From: the human T2T-CHM13v2.0 reference genome, Homo sapiens
Length of the DNA stretch: 64,000 bases
Strand: one strand, 5' to 3'
Assembly: GCF_009914755.1 (NCBI RefSeq)
Contig: NC_060932.1
The notes beneath the pieces are model-generated. The model was given only the letters and a program-made list of their open reading frames with translations, was not told the DNA's origin and searched no databases. The position numbers and the translations under genes are program-made. Below are positions 41,801-55,580 of the stretch, one piece after another (within the stretch, counting starts at the first letter, position 1; each line of letters opens with the position of its first letter).

Positions 41801-43683
41801 AAAAGTACTTTTTCGGGGGGAAAACTGATGTAAGAAAAACCAGGAGGAAGATGCGGGCTCTCCTAAGCACACAATAGTCCTAGCAGGTTAATAAAATGTC
41901 CCTGATTCAGACAGGCTATTTTCCCAGCCAAAACTCACTGCCCATAGTCAGTGAACTGTTATTCTTGGCAGGTGGGAGATGTTTATAAAATGTGACACCC
42001 TTTCCCTACAAGCTTATCAACAAGTGATGGCGGATGGTGCTATTGCAGTTGTCCAAGAATCATCTTATCTTGGGGCCGATATATAAAATTTGCAAAAGGG
42101 GGTCTAATCTGAGCTGAGCTGTCTTCAACTCATCCTTACTTCATTATTCTTAAGGAAATGCTCTATTGGAAAGGCTAAGGCTGATTCATGAGAATGCTGG
42201 GAAGTGGAATATGGACAGGAATTAGCCAAAAAGACTTCCCTACTGTTTTGTTACTCAGAGTATCACTCCAGGTGAAAAGAAGAAGGTCCTGTTGAAGAAC
42301 TGAAGTTCCACAATACTGCCTAGGTGGCCGGGTGCTGGGCTGGGATGTAGAACACCTGGGTTTGAGTGTTGCTCTGTCCAGAACCAGCTATGGAATACAG
42401 CACATGTTAATGTGCTAGCCTCGGTTTTATTTCCTCAACCGGTGAAAGGAAGCATTTGTGCTTCGTCCTTTCTAATTATTCTCCTTGCTTGAACATTTTA
42501 TAAACAGTCAGTTACTAGAAATAAGAGTGCATGGACCAAGCTGTGCTCTTTGTGTTTTCCCAGGTGGCTTTGAGTATTTGAGGGAAAAGAGACAGGTCCT
42601 CTGTTTTCCAAGATGACCATGGTCTATGTGTGTAGGTATAACTGAAAACACCAAGATTTGACACAGCATCTTTTCTTTACTTAGTGATGATATGTGTGAA
42701 CAGGTATACCCACCAGTATGCAAAGAAACACAACCCCAGTGGATAAATGAATGGGCAGGAACACAAGTAATTCACAAATGAGAGTAGACAAACACATAGG
42801 GGAAAGTCCAAATCATCAGTAATAAAGATAATTTAGAGCCAGGTGCTCTTTTCCACACACAATTTTAAGGCTGAGTATTGACAAGGAAGAAGTAAAGTCA
42901 GTACTTCCTCACATTGCTAGAGTCACTGTAAATTGATAGAAACTTTCTGATGAGTGATTTTACAATATCTATCAACAGCATCAAACTATTCAAATTCTTT
43001 GATCTAGTAATTCTGCATCTGTGAATCTGTCCTAAGGAAGTATTCCAAAAAATGGAGAGTCTCAAGCCTAAAGGTGTCAATTGCAAAATTATTTTTCATA
43101 GTGGAAAACTGGAATAATCTAAACGTTCAGCAATAATCAGTAGAATATTATGCAGCTAATAGAAATTATTATGGAAAATTACACAGTGATATTGATAATT
43201 TTATGCTATTATGTTAAAAGAGGTAGAAAATTATATTTATACAATGATTATGACAGGAAAATATATACACAATAACGGTGGCTGAATATTCTACTTATTA
43301 AGGGTTTGACATGGAATAATTAACTCTTCTATCCTCCCAGCGTCTCAATGAGATAGTTGGCATTGTTATACTCATTTTACAGATAAAAAAGCTGAGGCTT
43401 GGAGAGTTTAAGTTTATTACACAATGTCACACAGTGACTCCAGAGTCAGGCACTAGACCACAATGGCCATAATGCATTAAAAAAATAAAAGGTGAAAGGT
43501 AATACACCATTGGTATACCATGGCATAAAAGGCAAAAGGTAATGTACCATTGATAATATACCAATTTATCAAATTTCCTTTAGACACGAGGAATAAGTTT
43601 TAGCGATCTATTGCACAGCATGGTGACCCAGTTAATAGTGATACATATTTCAAAATTCCTAAAAGAGTAGATTTTAAAAGTTC

Positions 43684-44275
43684 TTTTTTTTGAGACAGGG
43701 TCTCCTTCTGTTGCCCAGGCTGGAGTGCAGTGGCGCAACCATGGCTCGCTGCAGCCTCGACCTCCTGAGCTCACGTGATTCTCCCACCTCAGCCTCCCAA
43801 GGAGCTGGTACTATAGGCAATACCGTGTACTAACACGCCTGGCTAGTTTTTAATTTTTTTTGTAGAGACAGAGTCTCACTATGTTGCCCAGGCTGGTCTC
43901 AAACGTCTGGGCTCAATTGATTCTCCTACTTTGGCCTTCCAAAGTGCTGAGATTACAGGCAAAAGCCACTGCACCTGACAGATTTTTTTTTTTTTTTTTT
44001 AACTGAGCCTGGCTCTGTCACCCAGGCTGGAGTGCATTGGCGATCTCAGCTCACTGCAACTTCCGCTTCCCAAGTTCAAGCGATTCTCCTGCCTCAGCCT
44101 CCTGAGTAGCTGGGGCTATAGGAGCCCACCACTATGCCCGGCTAATTTTTGTATTTTTAGTAGAGATGGGGTTTCACTATATTGGCCAGGCTGGTTCTGA
44201 GCTCCTAACCTCGTGATCCTCCCGCCTTGGCCTCGCAAAGTGCTACGATTACAGGAGTGAGCCACCGCGCCCGGT
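43684..44275 (-). mobile_element. Two adjacent antisense Alus (AluJ-like then AluS-like) inside an L1M 3' fragment (about 43580-44460)
   Basis: Two consecutive poly-T + Alu dimers; L1 3'UTR-like sequence resumes after 44280. Confidence 0.88.
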
Positions 44276-45744
44276 CTTTTGCCTAAATATTCTTAACCAT
44301 ACAAAATGAGAAGTCGATGAGATGATAAATATGTTAATTAGCCTGATGTAATGTTTCTACAGCATATACAACTATCAAAACACCACACTGTACCCCATAA
44401 ACATATAAAATTATTTGTCAATTAAAACAATTTTAAAAATTACGTTAAAAAATAAAAAAGTTTGAAAAGATAACATGCCAAAACCCAAAGGGTGGTTCTG
44501 TAGGAGTCATGGGGGGCAGGGCGGAGGAAGACAGCAGGAATACTATCCGTAAGGGGAAAGGACATGCAACCTTCTTCTAGTGTTTCCTTTGGTGCAAAAT
44601 GGTACCTCCATGGAGCAGTCTAATGTATTTAATGCATCCAGTTGCCCTTGAAGCTCTAATGCTTTAAGGAAGCTTTTCAGCAGCAATTGCTGACTGCTGA
44701 CTGTGGACTGACTCCTATTGGTGAGTCATCTGTTCTTTTGGCTATTAAGTGTCACTTAGGTTGGCAATCAAAATGGAGATTCATTCTGTTCAAGGTTCAT
44801 ATAAGGAAACGTACACTTGGGCATTTGGATTCAGGTTTCCAGATGAAAATAGATAAAATAAAGGCCAAGCAAGTTTCCGGTGCCTTCCAAACCATGTCTA
44901 GATGTGGGGGAGGGTGCCAGTCCCAGAGCGAGGTATGTGTCTTGGTGTTGCACTTCCTCGTGCTTCTTGATTTACTTAGGAATCAACCCTCGGTTTGTCC
45001 TTCATTCACCTACTCTCTGAAATCCTTCAGTTTATGAGACTCGGTCCAAGACCAGCTCTTATTATGGAAGAGTTACTTGATGCTCTAAGACCCATAGCAG
45101 GCCACAAGAGAGAAAAAGCCAACCATAAATTAACCTGATGCATGAGTATTCAGAAAAGTTGTAAATACTTGGTTTGAGGTTCTTCTGTAATAGCTACTAA
45201 TGTGGATTAATAAATGAGAAGTTAAATACCAAACTTCTCTGTTAGCAATTTAGCTCAAGGGCAGATTTTTACATGTCAGTTTAGAACCCTGTGTCTGTAG
45301 AATAAGAGGTAAATGGGCATTCCCTTTTTAAATTTGTAACATTAAGACATATGTGTGCTTTTTATTTAAACTCTCTTCCCCTAAAATAATAATTTTTTAT
45401 TAAAAGCTTAATGGTACATAAGACTGTTCAATAACTGTTTCAATGTTTAGGGCATGGCTATTTTTAAATGATTTTGTTCACTTTGTTTATTTCTTTCTGT
45501 TTTTTTACCCTTTATTATCACTTCTTAAAGACAAATCTAACCCAAAGCTAAGACAATCAATTAATTATACTTTACTCAAATGTGATTATGGATATGATAT
45601 TCTTATCTGATTCAGCTGGGGAGAAAAAGAACGTTTGGTTGACAGGTTACAAACTCAAATGCCTATAAGGGCCTTTAAGGTAATCCTCTGAAGACAAAAA
45701 AAAAAATGAGGGGGGTGTGGGCCACAGTAATAAGGGGGATGGGC

Positions 45745-46163
45745 TCTGGTGATGAAGACGGTGGGCGTGGTGATGAGAGGTAGTCTGTAATGATGAGAGG
45801 GTGGGCGTGGTGATGAGGGGTAGTCTGTAATGATGAGAGGGTGGGCGTGGTGATGAGGGGTAGTCTGTAATGATGAGAGGGTGGGCGTGGTGATGAGGGG
45901 TAGTCTGCAATGATGAGGGGGTGGGCTGTGGTGATGAGGGAGGTGGGCGTGGTGATGGGGGTAGGCTGTAATGATGAGGGGGTGGGTTGTGGTGATGAGC
46001 GGGTAGGCTGTGATAAGGGGGGTGGGCTGTGATGATGAGAGGGTGGGCTGTGATAAGGGGGGTGCGCTGTGGTGATGAGAGGGTGGGCTGTGGTGATGAG
46101 AGGGTGGGCTGTGGTGATGGGGGGTGCTGGCCATGGTGGTGATGGGCTGTGGGGCCGTGGTGA
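45745..46163. repeat. G-rich minisatellite: four 40-bp units (45761-45920) followed by degenerate ~20-bp units
   Basis: Unit gtgggcgtggtgatgaggggtagtctgtaatgatgagagg seen directly. Confidence 0.95.
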
Positions 46164-49100
46164 ACTATTCAAGATCAGTGAAAGGTGGCACTCCTGAATC
46201 AGCCTTAGCCAACTGCAAATCCAGCACTACCAAATCTGATTCTTTAGCCAAAAATTCAGTTTTGTGTGTGTGTTATTGTCCAATTTTTACCCATAGGAAA
46301 TTAATTAGTATTCTTTAAAAGCATTGTTTGAGCCAGTCAAAACATGGGCCAACTCTGGTCTACAGGCAAGTTTGTGAACTCTAATCTAGCCTACAAATAA
46401 AAATTTCATCCATTTTCATTTCCTGGACATTCAATTTATTACGTCATCTCTGTGATATAAAGAGAAACCAGGATGTATATTTATAATATAGGAAAATAGA
46501 AGATAAAACACTAAGGAAAACTCTCTCTTATAAAAAGAAAATAACCCATGACATGAAAAGAACATATTTACATAATAATGCTACAAACAGAACCTCACAT
46601 GTAAATATCTGGCTTGTGGTTTCTGACCACTTATAATGGCAACTTTATTGTACTGCTAAAAAGCAAACCACAAAAACACTTTCATGTCAGTCACAATCAA
46701 GCTCCAAACACGTGGACACATCGAGCGTGCTCACAGGCAGAGTCAACTCTAACCATATTGAGGTACTACTACATAATTATCATTCCCCGTTAGTTGTAGA
46801 ACTTTAGGAAAAGAGGTATGTCAATTACAATGTATTCCATGGAATTAAGATTTGAATATCTGAGGATATGTCAGTTTGAAAAATGTCATCTTACAGCGGG
46901 AAAAGTTCTACCATTCATGTTGGCAGGAAGAAAAGTGTCAAGTAATTCATGTTGATTAAAAAAATTGCTATTGTCATTTACTGAAGATAATGAAGGAACT
47001 GTCGTTCAGAGACAATTTGCATAATTTCAAACGAGGGAACTTACCTGGATTAAGAACAATAATCCTTTCTTTTCTACATTTTTCTTGGCATGCGTTAATG
47101 TTAAAGTTGAAAAGACTCCAAAAAAGTAAAAATACTACCACTGACTAGATTAATTCTGTATTACAAATTTAATTGTGTGTTACTTCATCATTAGCAGCCT
47201 CTCTAGAAATACTCTTGTGGCATGCTGAAAAAATAAGGATGAGTGGAAAAGATGTTTCAAATAAAGTGTTTAGGCTTCAGGAATGCTTTCTGCTGAGCGT
47301 ATATGAGCAGACATAGATTAAAACTTCAGAGTTTTATTTCACACATTTTATGTAGGCTGGTTTTTGGACAAACACGCAAAAGCAGATAACTCATCAAGCC
47401 ACTAAGAAAAGTGATATTTTCTGCATATCTTGAACATTAAAATCAATGTCCGTGTGAAGTGACACTATCACAGGCATCCTGTGAGGTTTTAGAGTTCCGG
47501 TGACCTCATCCAGGCTGGCAGTAAGCACACTGCTCTAAGGGACAAAGAGAATTCGCAGCATCTAGGTTTGTGTAACGCTATGGGTCACTTGCTCATTGGT
47601 CTGTTTATGTTTCCTTTCATTTGTTTCTAATAAAAATCTTGGAGACCAAAGTTTCTCCTTGACATGATTTCTTTGGAATTCCAAAAGGCCTCACCAGGGC
47701 TTCCTGGCTCTGCTATGACCGTCGTCTAATGGATTACAGATACATTTCAGTTTAGGGCTTCATAACAGCACCACAGAAATACACAAAACAACATGTATTC
47801 CACATCATGAATTTTGATTTGAGCAAAAACCAGCATATTGGGGAAAATTAGAGATGGAAAAGACTTATCAGACTCATGCTCTCCTCATTTTCTCAGTGCA
47901 GTTAGCTCTCCAACCTTAATACAAATTAGCTCAGTAACAGTGCGACTACTTCTCTTAGGAACTTACTCTAGGGCCATGGAGATCTTGCTGCTATTATCTT
48001 TCCATACAAAATTTCAAGTGCTTAATTTAATATAATTTATCCCAAAGTCAATCTATTTATTACTCATTTCCATTCAGCTGGGCAATGATTGAGGTAATGA
48101 GTTTATGTGTCTCATACCTGGCATAGTGGATGCTCATTCAATATTAGTTTCTTACCTTTATTACTTTGTCTAAAGTATTGCCCGAATTTAACTTGGAAAA
48201 AGCTGATATGTTCTTGCACTCTTTTCTAGTTACTTTTAATCAATATACTCAGAGGCATAGAACTGAAAAATGTCACCGGTGCTTCCATCACATTCTATTT
48301 CTCCCTCCCTCCCTCCTTGCCCCTGCAATGATCTCCCTCCATATCCCACTTCCTTGCCGCCCCATAGACAAGTTAATTTTATACTGAGAGAAGTCTGCCA
48401 TGAAGCTATTTAATTCCATGTGGCTTCAATTCTTTGGATTGTTGATAACTTCATTGTTTTTAATCATCTCTAAATGTTTAGGCATAGCATAGATCACAGT
48501 CATGGGGATAAACAGAAAAAGGAAAACATTAAATGTAAGCCCACGCTTTGGAGATGCACAAATAACTGAACTCAATCCCCAAAGGACAGGCTTATAGACC
48601 TATGAGTGTTCACAAGCATGAATATTCATGAGTCTCTTGCAATGAACTGTTTAACCACCGTGCTTCATTAGGAATTGAAATCTTTTAAGCAAGTATTTAT
48701 CTCTTCCAACACCCTAGAACGGAACATCCTATCCTTGTTTTGTCAAAATTCAAATTTGAACCAATTCTGCAGGCTGCATTTTGTGATTTCCCCGTGCTGT
48801 GCTCTCCCAGGAAGGGCAAATGTCAAGCAACGAGACACACAGTCAGTCACCAGTCCCCTGGGTCTCAGTTAAATGGTGAGGAAGGACATGAAACAGGTCA
48901 TTGTGCGCATGCTGAGAGGTGCCAAAGGGGAAGTGTAGGGCAGGGTCGCTGTGTGTGGTTGGGCGGGCTGTGTAAGTTTTGCAATGCAGAGAGTCTCCAC
49001 ATCTGAGGTGGCACCACCCGCATCTCACACCTTGTTGATTTGTGTATTTCTCAGCACAATTCTCTGACAGATGGTCCCAGATTGTCCTGCTCTAACAAAA

Positions 49101-50947
49101 TTAATGTATTACAATCATTTGCAGACAGACAGAAATAAAGTATTTTGAGAAAGGGCTCCCTTTTTCTAATTCACAAAACGGCACCACACAGATGAGAGGA
49201 GGGCCTGCGTAGGGTGTGAAGAGAGCAGAGAGTAAGTCTGTTTAATTACCTTAGTCTGAAAGCCAGGGAAGGCCTCTTGAGCAAGGGTTTACCTGAGACA
49301 AGAAGGATTAGCAGCAGTTTGAAATTTTATTACAAACTCCACAGAATATCTAACCTATTTCTTTGTACTGGATTTCTGGTATATTAATAGTTTCCCAGAA
49401 AACGTATCCTCAAATCACAGTTGATCTGAAAGGAATCTGCCATTCGGCCTCTCTGTAGTTAATGAACAAGAGAACACAAGTGCTTTGAAGCCAGAGCAAG
49501 AAGATGGAAAACCGTATATACATCTAGCTTGCTAAGCATTTCCTCTGACAAACTCCTGTATTGGTTTTTAAAATGTATTTCGTGTTGGTAGGTTATTTGG
49601 AAATTCTTCTATTTTCCACCGTGTTTTGGTAGGGAATATGTGAAGGAGTTGAAGGGTAATTGCTACTTAATTAGATGAAAAATGAGCTGTGAGGATCCTA
49701 CTTTATTGCTCTCTGTAAATTTAGCCACTGCATAGATGAGAACAATAAAAAGCCTTTCTTGAATTGGTTTCTCCATTTTAGAGAATTTAACCATCAGCCA
49801 TCTTTGGAGGCATGGAAGTATGCTCCATTATAAAGAATAAGGTATTTTATTTATCTACACGATAATAATTACAAATCATAGTGACAATAGCCAGTGTTGT
49901 CATTATGTCAAATACTATCTAACCAATACCAACACTGTCCTTAGATGTTTGAGTTTACTCAGTTCTTCTGCACAATGACCTCTCATATGGGAACTACTTT
50001 CATTCCCACTTTACAGGCTAGGGATCTGAGGCATAAATTGGTTTTAATAATTTGCCTAAGGTCACAGAGCTTGCCAATGGCAGAACTGATATTTGAACCC
50101 TGGCGGTGTGGCCCTAGAGCTCTTGACCTTTCTGCTGCCCTGGTTTATTTGGACGAGTATTGAACCTAGCCTCTAGGTGAAATTGAAAATCATTAATTAA
50201 GCTTTGTGAATTAATGGAAACACTAATCCACATCTAGAATTAACCACACTGCTAGTAAAACTAGCATTTTAGTCAGAATAGATTTTGGACGTATTATTCA
50301 TTGAGAAAGACTTCCAGTGAGAAAAATAAAGTAAAATTAAAAGATGACACAAGGATACAAAGGTTCTGACTCTCTCAAAAAGCTGGACCCAGGCCTGGGC
50401 ATCCCTGTGCACTGAGATCTTTCCCCATTGTGCCGTCTTCACAGTGAAGCATAGACGGGTTATTTAGGCTGAGTCTCTAGCACAATGTGACTGCCTGTGA
50501 GCTTTGCCTTAAGAATTCCCTAAAGGGTTTTCTGCAGAACTGCTGTCCCTTGAGATACAATCAAGGGAATCTCAGATGTGTTCAGTATGTTTTGGAGACC
50601 TGGCGTACTGCATCTGCCCCTCAAAGATTCATAGTGTGCATAGGCCGGTTTTAGGGCCCCAAGAAGCTCTACACTAATGAAACCTGTGTCGCCTTTAAAA
50701 CCCCAAATTGCAGAATCCTGTTTGATTATGGAATTCTTTGTTTCTTAGAACACCTATGAATCTACCTGTAAAACTAATGTTGGACAAATGCTGCCTGAAG
50801 CTGAGCACGTCAGTGAGGAACAGCAGGACACACAGAGAGAGGGAAAGAAAGCACAGAAGAAAGATGCTTCAAGAAAGGAAAACATGGGTAGAGGGCAAGT
50901 TGAAATGCCTATATTGCTAACTGTGGTGCTTCTTACAAATGAGTCCT

Positions 50948-51345
50948 ATATATGACTAGTATATGTCAGACATATGTCATATATGACATACATGTCATAT
51001 ATGTCATACGTATATACATGTCAATCATATGACATGTATACTTTAATTGAACACATATTCAATTAATATATTATCTATTAATATGTAACTATATTTAATA
51101 TATATTAAATGTATAACATAATACAATTTAATATAATTATATTAAATATAATTAATATATTAAATATATATTAAAGATAATCAATATAATTATATTAAAT
51201 ATATTAAACATAATCAATAAAATTATATTTACATTATTTAATACAAATATATTAAATATCATATATTTAATATAATTATATATAATATATAATCGAATAT
51301 ATTACACTCAAAGTATACAAATATATATTATACTCAAAGTACACA
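50948..51345. repeat. AT-rich low-complexity, quasi-palindromic tract
   Basis: Interleaved tatgtca/tgacata motifs, then near-pure A/T sequence. Confidence 0.88.
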
Positions 51346-53955
51346 AAAGGAGCAGAAATTTTGATTATGTGAGACAAAATAGCAAGTCTGGTATATTAGC
51401 AATCATCAGTGTAGTAAAACTAGTCCACATGTTTACCCGCACAGTCTCTCCCTGCTTCTGGAAAGGAAAAATGGAGCGCAATGTGTTGGTGTGAACCAGA
51501 CTGTCTAAGGAGAGGGAGGAAGATGAAAGACTTAAGGGACTTAACACACTTGGACTTAAGGACTAAAACTATTGTAAGTGTTCTGGATTTTAATAGTCTC
51601 TCTCTCTCTCTGTCTCCTACTCTTAGAAAAGCAACAAAAGATAGAAGAAAAATCAGAAAAGAATATGCAATTTCCCAAGCAACACTGCAATAGGTTTTAT
51701 TTTTTATTAGAATTCAACGGGAGATTTGATTTCTTAAAGCTCCCAATAAATGATACAGAAAAAAAGTTATAACATAGGAAAGTGTGGATTTTCTGCTTCA
51801 TCTGTAGACACAGACATAAGAGACATCTGGTTTATACTTTCCCTTTTCCTTCAAATTCTCTAGAGTTTCTAGAGTCTTTATAAAGAATCTCAGGGTAGCA
51901 GGGGTTTGTTCTAGGGAAAATCCTCCATCACCAGCAGTCCCTCACCCACCCACAAAGCTTTACAATGACTTAAATCCAGCTCAGGACTGCCGTGGGAATA
52001 CTATTTATGAACATACATTACTGTGTGCAAAGATTGTAAAGTAGGAAATGAGTTGTGTTTGAGGCTGTAAGTTCACATCTTTGAATCACTTCAGATGGAC
52101 AGAGAGGGAGGTAGCTAAAAATGTTCTGAAGCTGAAACATTAATTGGGGCTAACAGCACACAAAGAAAAATAATCTGTAGCATGAAGAAAAAGCCCATCT
52201 GTCAAGGCAGTGGGCTCAGAGTTTTAAGGTGGGTGGACCAGCTCACAGAGGACTTGGGGAGAATAGGACATTCTTTCTGAGTGGAAGATTGGAAAGCTTC
52301 AGCTTTCAGGTTTCGATGAGAGCTTGGATCAAGTCTTGCCAAGGTGGGCAGACTCACAGGCAGCTTCACTGAAGGTCTAGGAAGGGTGCCACTGCTGACC
52401 CTGAAGTGCTGAAAACTGCCCCATTCTCACTTCAGGCCCCATGAGGTCTGGCTATATCGCATTTCTGTGAAATCTCTGATCTTTACAATATTTCCCCTTT
52501 GTTTGAACCACCTGAGGTAGCACCCTTTTTCTTATATCCCACTCCCGCAAAAGGCTTCCCAGGACCAGGACACATGAGATAAATGGAGAATTTCAATACG
52601 ATATGGTGCACTCACCACCAGCCTTCCCCAGTTATCTATCTAATATGCCTGGACACATTTTTCTCTGGCTATTTCATGGAAACGGCATAAAGTAAGGAAA
52701 AAAACTAAAGATCAGCATGACATACACTGTCATTATGGAGAATAAAACAACATTTTCAAGACAGCAGGAGTCTGGAGGGATCCCAAGTTCATCATATAAC
52801 TAGATCTTTTATCTGTTATTTCCCAGATTTTGAAAACATAAAACGTCTAAAATGTCTATGTACATGTTAGTGGTTTACTAAATAGAAAGTGAGGTTTACC
52901 CAATTTGCTTATTCTATTGGAATGTTAAAAACAGTAAATGATTACATAAATTGTGTGCCTCTTCGGAGTAGTAACAGGATGGCTCTTTTAAGTAGGCAAT
53001 TTCTAGAAAGCAAAGTAAGTGTTTTTTGCTAAATATTCTATTAGACCTCATTAAAGTATTTTAAATAAAATATTTTAAATGATTGAGATAAATGACTTAC
53101 AAAATAAAATTCTCTTCGAATCTACATCGTTTCAGTTTAAATGATGTTTTCTTTAAGAATATCATATAGTTGTTTAGGAGGAACATTTAAATTGGGATAT
53201 GTAAACATGTGATATGCTTGATCTAGTTGTTAACAGCTAATGACTATCAATTTGTTTCTCTTTCAATGAAGTTCTAAATTCACGCAAATTTAGAAACATT
53301 CTGTTTCCATAGCAGCAGATAAAGAGTAAAACCAAAAAGATTTTATTGATTTTAACAGGGCTTAGAGAATTTGTTCTCCTTTTTAGCAATGATTTTTGCT
53401 CATTTTTTTCAGTCTTTCACATCTCATTTTTTCTTTTCTAAATGTATTTAGTAAATTACATAAAATTTCAAAGTAGATATTTGTGACATTACTGTAAAAT
53501 TACACATTCTTATAGTAATGTAGACTAACCAATATTTAATTCTTAATGTCAAAGAGATACTAAACTATGAAGTCAAGACCAGGCATCAAAGACTCTAACT
53601 ACAGGCATTATCAGTTTAACATATGAATAAAACATTGCATTACAAATGCTTTTAGGTAACTCATTAATGATTACAAGCACAGTATAACATCTTCTGTCAC
53701 CGTTAATTTATTAAGACTCAGGCATCAGGCTTTCACACATAGGTGTTAGAGTCACAAAATGCAAGTTTCTTCATGGTTAATGTGACAGCATGACAATGGA
53801 TCGCTGAAATTAGCAGAATAATTGTTCCATGTTAACGTGATAAGAAACCAGGCAATAGACTTTCTTCTTTGGTGCATTTGTTGTTTCAGTTGTGTGTTTT
53901 TCTCCGATTATTCTGCTCTTTAAGTTTCTATTTGTCAAAATACAGAATGGCTTAC

Positions 53956-54127
53956 CTGTAACAGACACACAGCCTAACGGAGCGATCAGAGTAATGGGAG
54001 CAAATCCATAGGCTGCAAAGTTCCCCGTCTCTCCCACGGCCATCAGCAGGACACCACCCCACCACAGCACACTCTTGAAGTATGGCCTTGGGTGCTCTTG
54101 TTGTGCCAGCTGAAGGTGAGAATATTT
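53956..54127 (-). CDS. NIPAL2: NIPAL2 coding exon 3 (172 nt, phase 0-1): [57 protein letters not shown](G)
   Basis: tttcag|AAATAT...ACAG|gtaagc; contains the NIPA-family motif W-x-G...GE-x-x-NF-x-AY-x-FAP...PLG; overlaps ORF track 53810..54070. Confidence 0.97.
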
Positions 54128-54329
54128 CTGAAAGTAAATCAGAAGACAAATAAGAAAACATTCTGAGCTATGAGGGGAATGCCACTTTTTTTCTTTTGTA
54201 TTCCTTTAATTCTTTTTATAAGAACGCTAATTTATTTTTGTATTTTTTTTTAAGAACGAATACATTTTTGGGGAATTATTGAAAATTATATTAGGTCATT
54301 TTCTAGCAAAGATTTGTATAAACAAATAT

Positions 54330-54817
54330 AGTAGTTACCCCCCGATCCACGGATTCATTTTCCGTGGTTTCAATTACCCATGGTCAGAAAATATTAGATG
54401 GAAAATTCCAGAAATAAACATTTCATACATTTTAAATTGCATGCTTTTCTGAGTAGCAGGATGAAATCTCTTGCTGTCCTGCTTGGTATGTGAATCCTCC
54501 TTTTGTCCAACGTATCCATGCTGCAGATGCTCCCTGTCCCTTGGTCATTCAGTGGCCCTCTCGGTTATCAGATCAGCTGTTGCAGTAGCACAGTGCTTGT
54601 GTTCAAGTAACCCTTATTTTACTTACTTGTTCTATTTTATTATTAGTTATTGTTGTTAATCTTTTACTGTGCCTAAGTTATAAATTAAATGTGATCATAG
54701 GTATGTATGTATAGGAAAAACATAGTATATACTGAATAGGGTTCAGTATTAGCTCTCGTTTCAGACATCCACTGGGAGTCTTGCAATGCATTCCCTGAGG
54801 ATAAGAGGGAATTACCA
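54330..54817. mobile_element. MER44-like (Tigger family) element
   Basis: Termini resemble cagtagtccccccttatccgcgg and its inverse (gaggataagagggaattacc). Confidence 0.72.
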
Positions 54818-55511
54818 TATAACATCCTGGGAGATATTTTGATGCTCAGGTTTATTTTGATTCAAATCGTTTTAAAGACTGCACTAATTTGATTCTATTT
54901 AAAAGTGATTCATGAAATGATTTAAAATTTTTTATTTAATTCATGATTTGGTTAAAAATTCATATTTCATTCAGTTTGCAGTTTAGCAAATCAGCGATTT
55001 ATTCATGTTTCTAATTCATGTTCAGTTATAGTTCCTATTTTGTATTCTACATTCTTTCCTCAAGACCATTAGTCTATAGTGGCATATTTAACAGTATTTT
55101 AAAGAAAGGGGAAAAAAACCCTATAATCTGTACTTTCATGAACTGCTTCTAAAAAGTGTCCGAATCCCATCTGGGGTAAAGGCTATGGAAGAAATCAAAG
55201 TACTGCAAATCAAACCAGTGCTATTTATCCATTAGACACCGTCGGCCCCTTACCTAGGGTCTACAATACTGTCAGAGACCACTCCATCCTGCAAAATTAA
55301 TTTCTTTTAAAATCAGAAGAAGAAGAGGAAAAATGAATGCACTCCAGCCTGAATTATATTTGTGTTTATACCAATGAGGTCATAAAATATATATTTTTTA
55401 TAATTTTTATGGAGAAAAGAGCCACAAAGACAAAAGTGCCCAATGCCCATGAGAGTCATAATGTGTCCCTGGATCAATCTATAGTGTTAGAAAAATAAGC
55501 TTTTTTCTTAC

Positions 55512-55580
55512 CTGAATATTTAGAGAAATACTGATCACCAAGTTTCCTAAAATAGCCAGCAAAACTCCAAAAAGGTGAAT
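55512..55580 (-). CDS. NIPAL2: NIPAL2 coding exon 2 (69 nt, phase 0-0): IHLFGVLLAILGNLVISISLNIQ
   Basis: Minus strand reads ttttacag|ATTCAC...ATTCAG|gtaag; first TM segment of the NIPA domain; joins exon 3 in frame. Confidence 0.95.

Noticed and set aside
45647-46172. His/Pro/Thr-rich ORFs of 87-165 aa
   Set aside because: Translation of the C-rich strand of the minisatellite; open in several frames because the unit lacks stops.
53810-54070. Stand-alone membrane-protein ORFs here and at 23862..24134
   Set aside because: They are NIPAL2 exons 3 and 5 read through into intron.
55215-55472. Possible hAT (MER96-like) element next to exon 2
   Set aside because: Termini too decayed to assign by eye.
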